Assembly: GCA_036172245.1 (NCBI GenBank)
Contig: JAYWIR010000019.1
Span: 806,001 to 870,000, forward strand
From: Raillietiella orientalis
Lineage: Eukaryota
DNA: 64,000 nucleotides
Direction: 5' to 3'
Positions 36,301 to 50,586 of the stretch are shown here, in pieces (position 1 is the first letter of the stretch; the number at the start of each line of letters is the position of its first letter). The translations under genes were made by a program, and so were the position numbers. The notes under the pieces were generated by a model. The model searched no databases. It had not been told where the DNA came from and worked only from the letters and a program-made list of their open reading frames with translations.

Positions 36301-38535
36301 AGAGAGGTGTATGATCACCGACTGGACACATGGAAGAAAATGCAATGATTGCATTACTGCTGTGTTTCCAGGAATTCCAGAAGCCACTTAAACCTCTCAC
36401 ATTCAAGTCTTTGCATGAAATACATTTCCTTCCCCTACTCGTGCAAAAGAGGACAGGGTTGCTAATTATCTTGAGAATTGCACAAGCCTTGCCATTTGCT
36501 CGACACCAGACAGTCTCAACGATCTTCAAGTACTGAAGACCAGACGAATTCATCTTAGTTCTGCTACTGAAATTCACTGTCTACTGTTTGATTGTCCTCA
36601 TCCAGACGTGTTTTGTTTTCTTATCCTACGCAACCGAGAATTCAAGTCGCTCCGATTCCTCGGAAAAGTTATGCATTCCACGATGTGCTCACTGATGAAA
36701 CATAAACGGCCAGTCGAGCGATAAGCTCTGTTCACAGTGTTTTCTAATGTCTTCTTGTCCATTGTCTCTTCCCAGTAATCCCCTCGCTCATGCTGCCTTA
36801 TTGCAATTCATCTTCGTTCCCGCACTCTCTTTCTGCATAACACCATCGCATGCCATCGTTCACGTGGTCGCACTCTACGTGGAAGGCGAAGTAACCAATC
36901 TTCCGTTTTCCATACGTGTTGACGATAGCAGACTGCCAGCATGTACTCCAAAAGTCCATTTCTTCATCCTTCTACTTCTACTGCTTGCATTTCTATTCAG
37001 CTGGCCTTGAAACCGCCATTCCATCTTTTCAGACCACCGTACTGCTTTCGTTCCCTAGCAACGTTTAATCACGAATTCTCATGTGTGACCTCACGGTAAC
37101 TACGGAGATTCTTTCATCTGCGTCCTTTCCCCTTCCCATCACAACTGCGTTCCAGCGGATGAGCGTTTCCAGCGAGAAAGTTCAGGTTGGATAACGTTGA
37201 GAACACTGAGGAAAGCAGGCAATGCCCATAGCTCGAAGCATAACTCTTATCTGTTGAAGGTGGAAGTCTTCCCATTTATGAGTTACGTTTTCTGGAGAAC
37301 ACGGATCTCGTTTTCCCACTCTGCGGGCATGGGGCGGCGCGCTGCCAAAGACCACCCAAGCGAAAGCCCTCACCAGCTAGAAGACACGTTCCCACGTTTT
37401 GCGGGCATCCCTTCGACGCCAAACAGATGCACCTTAGGACATGCGATTGGAACTTTTGCGCAGACCACGCACGTTCCGAGTTGGCAAGCTTTCGTCCAAA
37501 GCACTTTGCCATTCCGCGCACTGCTCATGAGCCACTTGCCCCGCTGGCTGCAGTTGTGCAGCGACCGAATCCGCAGCATCCCTTCCGAGGTCAGTACGTT
37601 CTTCCCTGGCAGTTCATCGGACGTGTGCTTCCAGTGCTGCCCAACGCAACAGCGACTGCTCCCACGAGATCTTTGGCGGAACCATGCTTCCGGAGATGCG
37701 TTCGGTGAGAATTTCTTCAGTTCCCCGTACTCCAATCAAGCGATTTGGAAAAGCCTGGCTGGACAACGGCCTGCAAACTTCCGCGCATGCGTACGCGGTG
37801 CTTGGCACCTATGCGCCTCTTCGGAAGATATTCTCGAGAGAAGGAATGGAAAGAGATACGTTTCGCCAGATGCTTGCTTGGGAAGATGCTTCCGTACCAC
37901 GGTTCGCGTCCTGCGGCCTTTCGCCGTGGGGGAAACCACGGCTTCCCGTTGCTGCATGGCGACGGAAAAGCCATGGGCGTACGACGCGGCATCCTCGTCG
38001 TCACTGCTGACGGCCAGAAGTGTGCGCATCCGACACTCACCCGGGAATCAGCGGACTTTCGGACGTGCGCAGATGACCGTGGATGGTTACGCGGGTTTCG
38101 TTCCCGGAATTCCCGCCCGATAGCGAGGTGTGCTTGCAAGGCGGGAAGTGGAGGCGTATTTCCAATGTGTCCTCCGCTCACGATATCTTTTCTGCAAAAG
38201 GGGAAATTTCTAGCAAGGTGGGAAGATTCGGGGGATTTCTGGGACGAGAGGATAGCAGTCAGAGCGACGGGCGCAAAAGAACCCCTGTTGGCAGGAATGC
38301 TTGCCCAAGTTGAAGTAAGGCGCAGGCAATGCTTCTGGCAGGAGTGGGAGCAAACCGTTGGCTTCCTTGGATAGGTCTCACGTAGGTGGAAGATGAGTTG
38401 AGCGGGTGAATTGCCTCCCGTTGCGTTTTCAAGGCGCTAAGCTCACCTTTCCGCGCGTCGTGAGTGCTTCCTGCATTGGGAAAGTGTGCATTCCAGTGCC
38501 ACTTGCTGGTAGCAGTTCCTTCAGTCGGGGTGAAT
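34830..38535. repeat. 1144-bp inverted repeat (34830-35973 / 37392-38535), 1418-bp spacer
   Basis: Mirror-image identical ORF translations; end coordinates sum to 73365; I noticed a single mismatch near 34975/38390. Confidence 0.95.
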
Positions 38536-39500
38536 ATTGCTTCTGCAAATACATTACAAGTAGCTCACTTTTTGACCGAATTGAACATGACCGTTGAGAA
38601 TGTCCTGCAAATTCGTCAGTACTGTGATGACTTAATATTCGTGGGTCACACTGGACCGTGTTCATTCGTCCTTCAGCATCTTGATGAAACATCGTCACCG
38701 AATTGGGGATGTATGCAAGGATGGGGGCTGACTTCTTCTCCATCGGCACAAGACAAACACTGTGCAGTGGATGTTCAGGTAAGGTGTCACTGTAGTTTGA
38801 GAGTGGTCACTGTGGTTTGATTAGACTCTGAGCGGCGCCGTTGTCGCAGTCTCTGTCAGCATAATTGGTTCTTCTGTGACTTGTGATTGCAAGGTTAACG
38901 ATGCGACACGGTAAGAGACCATTCCATTTCTGGGTTCTGGTTGCCAGTTTGTTCTCACATGGATGGAACACGGAATTTTTTTTAGTGATGTTTTATGAGA
39001 GTGGGCTGAAAAGTTCCATTTTGAGAGTTGCCTCGCCTCCCCTCACGGGACATCCATGTTGCTTCAGGTTGGATGAGTTTGCTGCAATTGGAAATGCAGA
39101 AATGCCTCTTATGCGCTGCGCCCTTATGCTCCCTGTCATGGGGTAATGCGTGCCCTTATCATCTTCGTGTTCGTTTCGCGAAACGTCAACGGCAGTGAAG
39201 CACTGCAGCCGTTCGCTACTTTCTTGCATGACTGCGAAAGCTGCAGGAAAAATTTTCCTCTCCGTGTGGTTTGCTGAGACGGCGATGTGAATCCCACGTT
39301 CGGACTTTACACGAAAGGACTTTCCTTGGATGCAGTTCTTCCGCGTTCTCGCAGCCGCGATAGAAAGTGAACGTTCTTCCGAATGGATGTGTTCCAATCT
39401 TTGAAGAAATCGCCCTTTTCAGCCCCACCGATTTGGGAGATCGAAGCGCCACCTATTCGACGCCTTTCCACATAAACTGCCGATTCCCGAAAGAACAGTT
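37392..39500 (-). pseudogene. Heavily degraded L1-type ORF2 (RT)
   Basis: Remnants RSPKSVGL, HIAVSANHTERKIF, EEVSPIL, IRSKSELL in RT order. Confidence 0.45.
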
Positions 39501-40454
39501 TTTCTGGGTGGATTTCGTTAAGGCCTCTTCATCGGAATAACACCGTGAAGGAAAGCAGTGGGATCACTTATCTCTTTTTGCCATCGCAGTGGTTTCATAA
39601 AACGCCTTCATTCTCTTCTTCCACTTTACATCTTTCTAAATAAATGTGCAACTTGTTGAAGAATAAACATCTGCTTCGTGTAGTTTAAAACAGACAACAG
39701 CTTGAATCGTGAATTTCACGCTTACGTGTTGATGTGTTCACCAAAAGGGAAGGAAATGAGTTATTTTTGATTGAAACTGATTGAGGTCACCTTTTCCATA
39801 GTATAAACTCTTGTGCTGGTCTCACCTAGGTGACGCAGAAATCAGCATTCGCACAAGCTGGAAGCCTTCAGTGCAACGTTGGTAAAACATATTGAAAAAG
39901 CTCCGTAGAGAGGGCAGAATTTCACTTCTGCGATTCCGTTTGACGGTAATGAAGGAAAAGAGGGAGACCCCTAATAGGTAATACCTAAAAGGTTTAAAAC
40001 GCGCGATATCACGTATGCAGCGATCAATTTTCTCGCAAATTAAATGGTATTAAGCACAATCGGGTTGAGCAGCTTGGAAACATGGATACAGTTTTGCATC
40101 CATGGACAAGAGCTATGCAACAGTTACAACAAGAACTGTGACGCCCCAAACAAGCCATAGTGATACCAAAGAGGACTGCGTTCGGACTCGGTCGACAGAG
40201 CAGGGTCACCCCGCGAGGAGACTTGAAAAAAAGCATCCTCCTCCTCCCGTCGTAATCATCTCTGCAGAAACAGCGCGCTGTCTTGCTTTCCCATGTTCGA
40301 AAGAAGAGATTACGGCAGTTTGGTTGGATGAGTGGCCTCGATGTACCTCAACACCACGGAGCCATTGAAGATATGGGCTGGAAGGCATTTTCCGTCAGAA
40401 AAAAACCGCAGAAAAAAGAAACTTTCTCGGTTTCACGATAGAAACGATTTGCTT

Positions 40455-40560
40455 CTTCTGACAAAATGGAACATCAATGGCCTGAAGAATGAAGCGAAGA
40501 GGAGATCAATCGCTTTGAATTGCTCTGAATTCTCCGTCTGTTGCTTTTGCTGTACCTAGC
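40455..40560 (+). pseudogene. APE endonuclease N-terminal fragment
   Basis: LLLTKWNINGLKNEAKRRSI. Confidence 0.65.
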
Positions 40561-41899
40561 AGTCTGCCCGCGCGAACGAATTGCAAGGTGTACATCCCAG
40601 TTGCGCCGTACCGTCTGGTCATGAAGATCCAAAGACACGATGGGAGCCCTCGGAAACTAAAAGAGGCTAAAGCGAAGGATTGGTTGAGACGCATAGCGCT
40701 CACTGGACGTATTTCAGGTGGGGGGAAAGTGGTGACCAGAGAAAATGACCGTCAACTGCAAGGAAGTGGTAGGAGCTCTTTGACTTTAAATTTTTCTATG
40801 AAAGCGCGAAACGGGTACGATGGGATCGTAGACAAATGATTGAAAGGGCATAAGTGCGGTCGCTGGTTTCGACCGCTTTCTCCTTTTGGAACCTCTACTG
40901 AAAATTGGCGATTTCTATTCTGGGCCCTTATTTCTAGGTAGGTCCCCTTTTCAGAGGTACTCATGTTGGCCTCCTTTTGCTGCGTCTGCGACTTCGGCAG
41001 ATGGCTCCGACGCATTTTATTGTGCGGATTGCTGCCGCACGCGAAAGAACGCCGCAGCAACTCAGGGACAGTGTTTTGCTGGTACGGGAGCGCTGATGCT
41101 AGTTTGTCGTTCGATCTTCGTGGCCACCGCCCTCGAAGGTCAGGTGCCGGATTCATTCTACCGACAGATACTAACAGATACCTGACGGGCAGCAATACTG
41201 CCAAATAGGTCGGACGTGCTTTTCGTTCACTCCGCGGCTGTTGAGTCAATGGTTTTCACTTGTAAGTGATCTGTATGAATTCCATGATGTCGAAGGCAGC
41301 GGTGTCTGACACCACGAGAAGAAAACGCCGGGAGCGTAGTCCGCATCGCCCTGAGAGTAAACAGAAATAGGGACATCTGCCGGCACGAACCCATCCCGCA
41401 CGTCCGCGGGTGTATCGCCAGCGGCCAGAGCCTAACAACCAGACCATATTAAGGAAAACCATAACCCGATCCTTTTCTTCAAGTTAGGTATTTTATATAG
41501 TTCTGGGAGAGCCCGCTCTTTCTCGGAAGCAATGTACGCTCACGGCGTCAAACAAGAAAAGCTTCTTGAGATGGACATCGGCAGCGAAGTGCAGTATGTT
41601 TGGGTGATCTTCAAGAAGGCAGTTCTTGCTCTAAGACTGCTAACAACCCAAGCAGTGATGAGAAGCAGGAAGCTCTTCCTTATCACGATAGACCACTTCT
41701 CAGAACCGGCGCCGGGTGCCAAAGATTTCCATCTAAATTTCTTCACTGATGTGAGGCTATCTGACAGCGATCCTCATGTTGCAGGCTGCAATCCTGAAAA
41801 CCTCTTTTGTAGCGACTGAGGGCTTCAGCACGTGGCTGGCCATGAATATAACGTGCATGCAACAGATCGCTACGATGACCACTCTTAGCGGGACCTCCT

Positions 41900-42510
41900 T
41901 AGAGTGGCCGTCGTGCGAGAACCATTGGTGAAGGAGCATTGCATGCGTCGAGAAGCGGAAGATGACGCCGATAGCAGTGTCTCTCTAATGCAAGAGCGCT
42001 GAAGACAGTCTTCGCCACGAAAAGCAGCAAAAGCAGCAAAATCCACAGTCTTTGGAAGGCACCGCAGTCGAAAAGCAGGTGTCAGAGCGATTCCGCTGCT
42101 CCGCATTTCTTACAGTGCAGGGTGGCAACTTTCTTGGAAACTAGGTAGACGCGATGATTGCAATAAAAGCTTTGATGCAACAGCAAAACCAAGCTCTGTT
42201 TCCACTGAAGAGGAAACACAGACGTGTGCACGCACGACAGAGGAAGCACAGGTTCTTCGGAGAGCACATTCAGAAGTTCGCACCAAGAATCAGCGCTTCC
42301 ACCCTCGCTTCTTTCCCTATTTATTTATTGTCTTCTTTATCCATTTCCTACTATTCAGAAGCCGGCATGCGCGCCGCCGGTAATCCCGATGAATCGTCCC
42401 TTTTCTCAAGGTTTTCCTTGTCGTTTCGAGGGCTTACCCTTCTTCCCTTGAAACTTGTGGTTTGTTTCGTTTAAGCAAAATGAATGTCCCGGGTTGACCG
42501 GGTGATAACC
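41900..42510 (+). mobile_element. L1/Tx1-type 3' end
   Basis: C-terminus homologous to 25750-25840 (minus); ends AATGAATGTCCCGGGTTGACCGGGTGATAA. Confidence 0.7.
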
Positions 42511-42639
42511 TCTTCAACTTGAAAAGCAAACGGATGTGCGTTTTTGCCCTTCCGTTTGCAGTTCAGTTTTCCTTGTTTACCGATGTGCCCGTGGTAAAGT
42601 TTACGTTGCATATGGCGCAGAGGAAAAAACAACAAAAAC

Positions 42640-45425
42640 ATGAGGGAAATCGTTTCTGTTGCTGAGGTGGCAGCGATGCCTCTCACAAAGGAACAACTTG
42701 TCGGGTCAACGGTGAAAGCATTCGCTCAGGTCGCAGAACGAATCATCGTCCGACAGCCCTGGAATGCATGACAAATGGTAACAAACCTGTAGTCAACTAT
42801 GAGGCTAGTCACCCTATGCTGGAGCGTTTCGGGCGCCAGTATGGCTAGGAACCCCGACGAACCAAAGTTCCGAAGAGCCAGCTTAGCTCCCTGACGCCTA
42901 TCATTGGCAGTAGGTATTGGAGGCTGTCCTGCAAGTACTCCCTCCTAAATCATCACTTGCTGAGCACACCGCTCAACATTAATGGGTGTGGAAGACCGAT
43001 CGTGGTGCGACTGAGAGGGATTCCGGAAGTCCTGAAGGACCGTCAGGTGATTGCGGTCCTAAAGAAAATCGCCACCATACACACACTGTGGAGGCTGCCT
43101 AACCCAGCTCTATATGCCTCCAGACACAGCTGGCTGGCAAGAGGGCGTGTAACAGTGAGCAATCACCGCGAAACTCCCACTCGGCTGCAGCTGAAGTGAA
43201 CAGCAATCCGTCTGTGGTCTTCAAAGCAACTGCGCGTCTGTGGGAAATGTGGCACCGAGGGGCACCAAATGATGTGTTCCTAATAAGCATTACTGCCACG
43301 AGTCTGGACACAGAAAAAAAAGGTGCCCGGAACTCGTGGAGGGGAAAAAAAAACAGAGAAAGGCTGACGGAGCGTGGGGAAACAAGCGCCGCACATCAGT
43401 GCAAAAGAAAGAAAAAAACTCCGGAAATAAAGAAAAAAATGCACGCCAATATACAAACTCACTCGCCAAGAATAAAACAAGCGTTGAAAAAAGAGAAACG
43501 CGTTGAGGAAAAGCCGCACGTGTCAGCGGCTCCCGAGCTTGGCGTTGAAACCAACAGGACCCCGATATCTTGCAAGGAAGCTTCAGAGTGATCCTCCCGA
43601 ACGCAGAGGAGGCAAGGAAAGCTCTCAAGATCGTGGTCAAGCCTAAAAAACCTCGCACAAAGGCCTCCGGATAAAGGGGTCGTGCGACCGTTCGACCGTC
43701 GCGGAAAAGCAGAGCGCACGGGCAAAGAAGGCGGCAAAAAGTTGCTCATCCGCAGCAAAGGCACCTCACCGAACAACTGCTGCGAAGAAGGAAGAGATGC
43801 AGCCGCATCTCTTCCTTCTCCTGAATCTCACGCTCACTTGGCGCCTGACGCAGCCATGAGAGAAACTGCTCGTGCGAGCGCACTGCCCCTGGCGGCCGCA
43901 CGGGCAACGCGTCGTCTCTGCACTGACGAGAAGGCAGCGTTCTTGAGAGCGCAAGTGAAGTGACTCACTCCTGCACTCCAAGTGGCAGCCAAAGCAGGTC
44001 CTGTGACGCTAACAAAGGCAACGCCATCTCTAAAAGACAGGAAAAACGGTGACCACAAGGAGGGCAAATAAAGGGATTCGAAGAGAAGGAAAAAAGCAAA
44101 TTTCCAAACTTCTCACAACTGCACAGCATCAAGGTACGCAGGTGCCATAAACCTTCTGCGGAAATTAGGAAGAAGAGGATTCTGCGCCTGCTTCCAGCGC
44201 TGTCGTCTTCACGCGAACGCAACGCCCGAGAGTTTCCGTTGCTGCAGACGAAACGGCTCCAGCGAGAGCAGCAGAAAACGCTGGAAGGGAAGCAGTCCAT
44301 GTCTCGATGCATTCCCATGAACAGACCAGGTTCCCCTCCGTGCGCTTCCGGTCCAGGGACCGACGGCGCGCAGCTCAGCACTTGCGCCAGGAGACGAGCT
44401 CGCGTAGCCAAACCGCGAAAAAACACGGACCAATGCACGGCTAGGAAGCCGAGGTTTGGTCAGAGATGCACAAGGTCTGCGCCACTGAGGAATCGCCCAC
44501 GGGCAGTGCGGCAGAGCACGGGGGAGCGAACGTGCTCAGAAACTTGCCATGGTTGCGAGGTGAATACTCGTCGGATGGCGGAGGCAACCACCATCGCTTT
44601 CCCAGAAATACTAAGGAGAGTCGCTTCCTCTCGTTGCCTCAGCGTTGCTTGCTAAAATGTCGATGGGATGTGCAACGATGAGAAGAAGTGCAGAGTGGCG
44701 AACGCTCTGTGCCGCTTTGAATTGGCGCTTCTACAGGAGATTCACCAAAATTCCAATGAACATGCAGCCCAGTGTGAGCAGCGCACAGGCGAAACACTAT
44801 TCTGGCTAGGAGCCACCAAAGCAACGTGCGGATTCAAGTCTCTCGTCTATCGAAGGATAGCGACAGCGAAACGTAGAGTTCGACGTTGAAGACCGAATTG
44901 GCCAACTTGTTCTTCAGCGGTCGGATTCCAGCGACCAGGTCGTGACGGGGAGGGAAAAGGGAGGGAACTTCCAGGCGCCGAGTGGCTTTTCTCGCCACGC
45001 CTATAGAATTCACTTTTTCCGTGTGCTCGAAAGTTCACCAACTCCGCAGTCCAAGCAGCACAACTCGTCGCACTGGACTTCAACGCCCATCAGTTTTCCA
45101 ACGAGACGAGATTTCTGGCATACAGGACGCGGGGAGACGAGATATGCGTCTCCGTGCACGCATGTAAAGTGCGTACCTGCGAGCCTGGAATTAAGAGGTC
45201 CGTAGACCACATCTACTTCGTTGAGCACGTGCACCCACGAGCAGGGTGGAGGAACAGAGCAAAGTCTGCGTTATCGGATCAACTCAGGCTGAAGTCCGAG
45301 CTTCTTACTACGAGCATGGGGCCTAGGTCAAATGTTCGGAGAAGACCGAGGGATTTACATAATCATTCCGAGGCTGCAGAGCGTCCACGCGGGTACCGGT
45401 GCAGCTTGGTTATTAAGGAGCTCGC
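42640..45425 (+). mobile_element. Degraded L1/Tx1-type ORF1 + APE
   Basis: PIVVRLRGIP...IHTLWR (cf. 46540-46630); LSVAC*NVDG...ALLQEIH, VDHIY, LSDQ. Confidence 0.75.
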
Positions 45426-46140
45426 TTCTCAACCGGATGCACCGGGGCGTTTACTCCTCCGAATAAGAGAAATCGAGAATCTGTGGCTTACCCAGTGGTC
45501 CAGCCCACGAGCGAACAAACTATAGAGAGCCTGCCGGGTCACTGGTTCGGAGACCGGTACGGTCCACCACGACAGCAGAGGAGGTGGGGATAAAACAAAA
45601 AGAAAAACATCTGGGGGCACAAGAAGGGATCACAGTCTGCTGGGGGATTCTTTCTAGGATGCCGGCAAGCTCGTCTTTGATATGCGTGTTCAGGTGGGCC
45701 CATCCTGTCGCCATCCACATGAATTGGGCGGCGCACCCTTATTCGATGGCACCCTTATCGTGATTCCTCCTGTTGCCTTGCTCCAAGCGGCGACGATCCC
45801 GCGAAAACAGCACAGGGCTGCTAACGAGGCCGCAGACCGGGAGACATCGCAAAGAAAGAGGGTTTTCACTGCTTCCCTGGGGTTGCCGCAGGAAATTCCG
45901 ATGGCCGCGGCTAAGCGGAGCCAAGGGAGTGAAAGGGCAACACAATCGACAAGAAGGTGGGGGAAGGACTCCCGGTCCCCACACCTAACAAAATTTGGGT
46001 TGAAACCCCCCCGCGTCCAGTGGTGGCGGCAAACGTTGCAGGGGAGACCCCAATGCAGCACCAAAGCGAAGACGGTCAAACGTGTTTGGTCAAACGCCCG
46101 ACTCTCGAGTTCTCATTGGTGTGTGTTCCGTGACTCTGTC
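45426..46140 (-). mobile_element. 5'-truncated L1/Tx1-type 3' end
   Basis: LHWGLPCN...RCGDRESFPHLLVDC; ends GTAAACGCCCCGGTGCATCCGGTTGAGAA. Confidence 0.88.
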
Positions 46141-46149
46141 GCAGAAATG

Positions 46150-47500
46150 CCTAAATCCACCACTACAGAGTAACGGTCGAACGTCCCCTATCCCCATGGA
46201 GGGGGGGACACCTGCTCCCGAAGCATCATCCCCCGCGCCGGCGAGGGACTATAGAGCCGTGGTCGCCGCGCCATCTGCAGCGGTCATGGCCGGGGCTCAG
46301 GTCTACAAGGCCTACAACTATAACCCCAGTCTGCTGTACAAGGTAGGCCCCTCCTTCGAGGAGGAGCTACGCAGATTGGATGTGAAAAAGAAAGAGCTGT
46401 TGCGGTTCACCATCCGCAGCGGTGACAGCACGTCGAGCTGACCTGCAAAGAGGCAGGGTTAGCACAAAGACTGCTGCTAACTTCCGTGAGGATAGAGGGC
46501 CGCCAGCTCTTCCCCGTCCCAGTAGACAACTCTATAGTTGTCCACTTTAGAGAAATCACTCTGCGGATGCCTCCGAGCGCCGTCAGGGCTGAGCTTAGTA
46601 AATTTCGCACCGTATATGCGTTGTGGGCCAAGTCCAATAAATTCCGTACATACGACGGACTTCTAAGCGGGCTCGCTGCAGCGCGCATCACGGCTGCCGA
46701 TGACGTGGATATTCCCCATAAACTGGTAGTCGGCGGAGATTCCGTCGACATCTGGTATTTGGGGAAACCCAAATACTGCGCGTTCTGTGATGCTACGGGG
46801 CACGTTAAGAAACGGTCCCCCAACATCACTTGCCACAAGTGCGAGGCAATGGGGCACATCGAAGTGTGCCCCAAAAGGTCTCCGCGCGTACCGATTGCTG
46901 TTTCGAGCAGCAAAGGGAGCACGACCAAGAATAATTCCTGGAAAGCCTAGGCCCATGTCCGAAAACGAGGCCGACCCGGAGGAGGCTAAAAAGGCCGTGC
47001 CGACCACCCCGTCTGCAGCAACGCAGGCAACCGAGGTGGAAGGCGAAGAGCCTAGCCGCCGCGCTGTAGTAGCCAGTCTAGACCGAGAAAAAGGTCGTCC
47101 GACGTCCAGATGAAAGGAAGGGGACCGGGACCTCGGACTCCGAGCCGGAGGCCGGAAGCGCACCATCTGCGTCTGCACTCCCAAGGAAGTCCGGACATAA
47201 GACCCGTAACCCGAGGAGGATCGTCTCCTCCGAGGAAGGGGAATCCTCCGGAAAGGAGGGTGTGACGAGCGCTGGAGAGATGGAAACGTCTTCTGACGCC
47301 CTCCCACGAGCAGCCACGGAGAAGCCGATTGAGGCGGAAAGGGTCGCTGGGGCGCCTTTTGTCTTAGGTTCGCCTAGAAGCATCCCGCCGCTTCAGAGCC
47401 GGGAGGCGCAGCATCACTTTCCCAGTAGTAATGCCGGGACTCGCCACCTGCCGCCAATTACGCGTCGTCAGCTGGACCGTCAGCGGGCATTGCGATGACG
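46150..47500 (+). pseudogene. L1/Tx1-type ORF1 with zinc knuckles
   Basis: CAFCDATGH, CHKCEAMGHIEVCP, followed by a low-complexity tail. Confidence 0.82.
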
Positions 47501-48759
47501 GTAGGAGGCTGTGCGGAAGTGCTTCGACTGCGCTCCTAAGCTAGCTGGAATATCTCTCTGTACATGTCTTCCTGGCTGCAATGGGAGATGAAAGATCACA
47601 GGGCAGTGTATTCCTTGACCTTTCCGGTTTCCTGGTCTATCTCCCTTGACATTGCTCCGGAATATCGCCTGGTCACTAGTGCTATCAAAAGGAAAACCAA
47701 AAGAACACTATTTGGCGAAGGTAAGTGCGACTCGACTGTCTGTTTGCTTATTCGTTCATAGCGTGGTTCCATGTGTTTTGTATTTTTTGTTTTTCACGTG
47801 CATGCATCTCTCTGTAATTGAATGAATTTACTTTATTTCATTTCATTTGATTTTATTTTTTATTTACTTATTGTCGTTCATTTATTTGTTTTTATTTTTA
47901 TTATAATTAGTTCTATTATTTTGAGCGCTCCCCATAGGCTAGTGTGTGGCCACAAAAACTGCAAGACCACGTGGCTTGTCCACAATGGTGATCTTGCAAG
48001 GGTGGCACAGGATTTAAGTTGCCCAGCTGTATTGAATATAATTCCATTACATTTAATGTACTTATCTAGTTCAACAATTTTCCACAGCACTTGCAACTCG
48101 AATCCATTACTGTTAGTTGAATTATATAACGCTCGATGTTTTACTGTAGGCCTCGATTGAAACGCTTAAAATTAGTTAAATAGTATATCAGAACTATATC
48201 TGAAATACATATACGTTTAAACTCAGTCCTCTAACATTTCTTGCCAATGATTTTACTGAATATGCTTCAATTACAAATGAACGCGGATAGTATAATATAT
48301 TTATCGAACTTGAGAAATTCTTGTCTCTGCTGCTTTTAAAACGTTGCAACCGTAATCTTTGTTATCACCGTGAGAAGGCAAACAACAAGAAAATAAAATA
48401 TCATTCCCTCCCCCCCTTTCCCTTAATTTAGTTGCAGCAACCAGAGACAAATACCTTCTCGCCTCCATCACTAACCACTACCCTTTTCCCTATTAGCAAT
48501 CTTCCACGACTTTTTTCCCCTAACTTATTACCCCAATTAACCCCCAATTATCTCCCCCTAGCATCCCTTTCTCAGTCGGTTTAAGGGCTTCCTTTGTACT
48601 GAGATTGCAGAAAGGGCTGTCCCTTTCTGGACTTGCACGTCTTTGCCGATCTTTGTGCTTGCTCTCGAGATGGACGTGCAGGGTTGCCAGCTCTGATTGC
48701 GAATTTCCGACATAGTATTTATTAACATTTAATAAATCGATTCGCGCTTAGTTCTTACG

Positions 48760-50395
48760 CCAAAGCAATGTCTTCTCATAAGAAACCCCCCTCCCTATCG
48801 TTTTCTTTGATGAGCATAAAGATCTTTATTTGTCCCTCCCCGTTCCTTTAACTTGTCCATGCCCAATGCCCAAGTGTTCCTTCTCCACTTCGGCCTGCGA
48901 TCCGTCAGACAGGAAAAAGAACATCAAGTCACATTCCAGAGGATCCATGGTCCTTGTCCTTCGACTGTGGTTCTTTTTTGTTCTAAATGCATGGAAGAAA
49001 TTGACAATCCAATAGCAACTCTTGATGGTCATAAGTGCTCCTCAAATAATTTTCTCCCTACCCCGCTAACATCTCTACAGTACAATTTCTCGGTTTGCGG
49101 ACTAAACCTTCACCACCCACCTGCCAAGATCTCACAGAAGGTGCAAACAATCGGGAGCTAAAGAGAGCTTCTAAGAACATGATGTCATCTCAGACTGCCC
49201 TCTTCCTTTGCCCCCCTTCGAGCTCGATCAGCCGCCAGTGTTCCCTCCTCACACCCAGCAGATTTCCCCCAGACTTTGACACTAGTAGATCCATAAGAAT
49301 GCTCCTCGAAAACGAATAAGCATTCCAGTCGCTCTCTCCGGACGTCCTCAGAGAGATCAGTCCTGAAGCCAATATTCAAACCTCCAGCTCAGGAGTTCCA
49401 GCGCATAACCCCTCATACTCTGACATCATCAAACGCCAGACCAAGATATTGAAGCTCCCTGATAACATTCATAGCCATCTGATGAAGCATGACTCTTCTG
49501 CTAAGCAATCTACCCAGTCAATTATCTGTCCGCCCATATCCGCTGCCCCATCTTCCTCCATTAAAATGCAGAGGCTCAATAAGAAAAAGTGCGTCCGTTC
49601 CCTGCTTAACTCATCGGAGACAGAATCGCCCCTAAACCCGTCTCCGCAAACTCTTCCTTTTCCCACTCATCAGAAAGCTCAGCCTGTTCGAGCCTTCCCT
49701 TTAGATGAAAAACCGAGTACTGATCGCTTCAGCAAAGTTCGAGAGTTTTCAAACCCTATTTCGCCCCGGTTTCGAAAAGTAATGGCAGCCTCCGCAGCTA
49801 CGCGCCATGAAGCATCAAGACCTACCCGCAGATCCACCCTCCTCTCGCCAATTTGGATATGTTTCCAATACACAATGGTGACATTGCTCTTACTTCAGAC
49901 AACCCTCTGTTGGCCCACTACCCACTCCCCAAAATTTTGAACTGCATTATCCGGAACTGTGGATCGAAAATCTCCACCCTTGAGTCCAGAAGAAATTTGG
50001 CATCCCTGAAAAGACACCTAGCGCCACATCACAAGCTCCCTTTTTACGACCATTAATTAATTTGTCGCACATGCTTTCAAGAAGTCCCCCTCTCAACTAA
50101 GTATATTTGCTTTCGTAAAACTCCGTTGAAGTCCCTTTACACTCCAATCTTTATGCTTTCTAGCTACTGCTGCACAGGTGAAGACTGCTTAGAATCCTTC
50201 ACCACTACAAGGGGCCAAAGTAACCACCTTGGAAAGCATAAGCGCGTAGTGGGAAGAGCAAAAGCAAGAAGGTTGATAACAAGGGCTCCCTCTTTTCACA
50301 TAGTTACCTCCAACAGATTCTTACCACTTATGCAAGAGGAAAGTCCTCCTTCAGAACTAGCGAATGTTCATCCTTCACGTTTTCCTCGATGAAAA
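48760..50395 (+). pseudogene. Utopia/NeSL N-terminal zinc-finger region
   Basis: CPMPKC...NIKSH, FCSKC...HKC, CIIRNC...SLKRHLAPHH...LICRTC, C...C...FTTTRGQSNHLGKH. Confidence 0.8.
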
Positions 50396-50586
50396 CCTGC
50401 ATTCGCGTGTGGGTAGGAGAGGAAGACTGCCGACTGGGCTCTCTGACCACCACAGGTTAGAGCTCCTTCCGTCAGGCAAGGGGCTTCCGTTGCAAAACTG
50501 GAGGATGCCCGCGGACTGCCTCGCCAGCCGGAGGCTGCGGAGCATCTCCGTGAACACCACCGAGGCTTCGCCATTCAAGAACTCGC

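Noticed and set aside
34991..38374. Long ORFs (150-308 aa) in the inverted-repeat arms
   Set aside because: No recognisable domains; consistent with GC-rich off-frame or antisense readings of a decayed L1-like ORF2
38600..38650. Plus-strand QYCDDLIFVG looks like an RT YxDD motif (DIRS/LTR-type)
   Set aside because: No supporting RT motifs on that strand; minus-strand L1-type remnants occur in the correct order through this region
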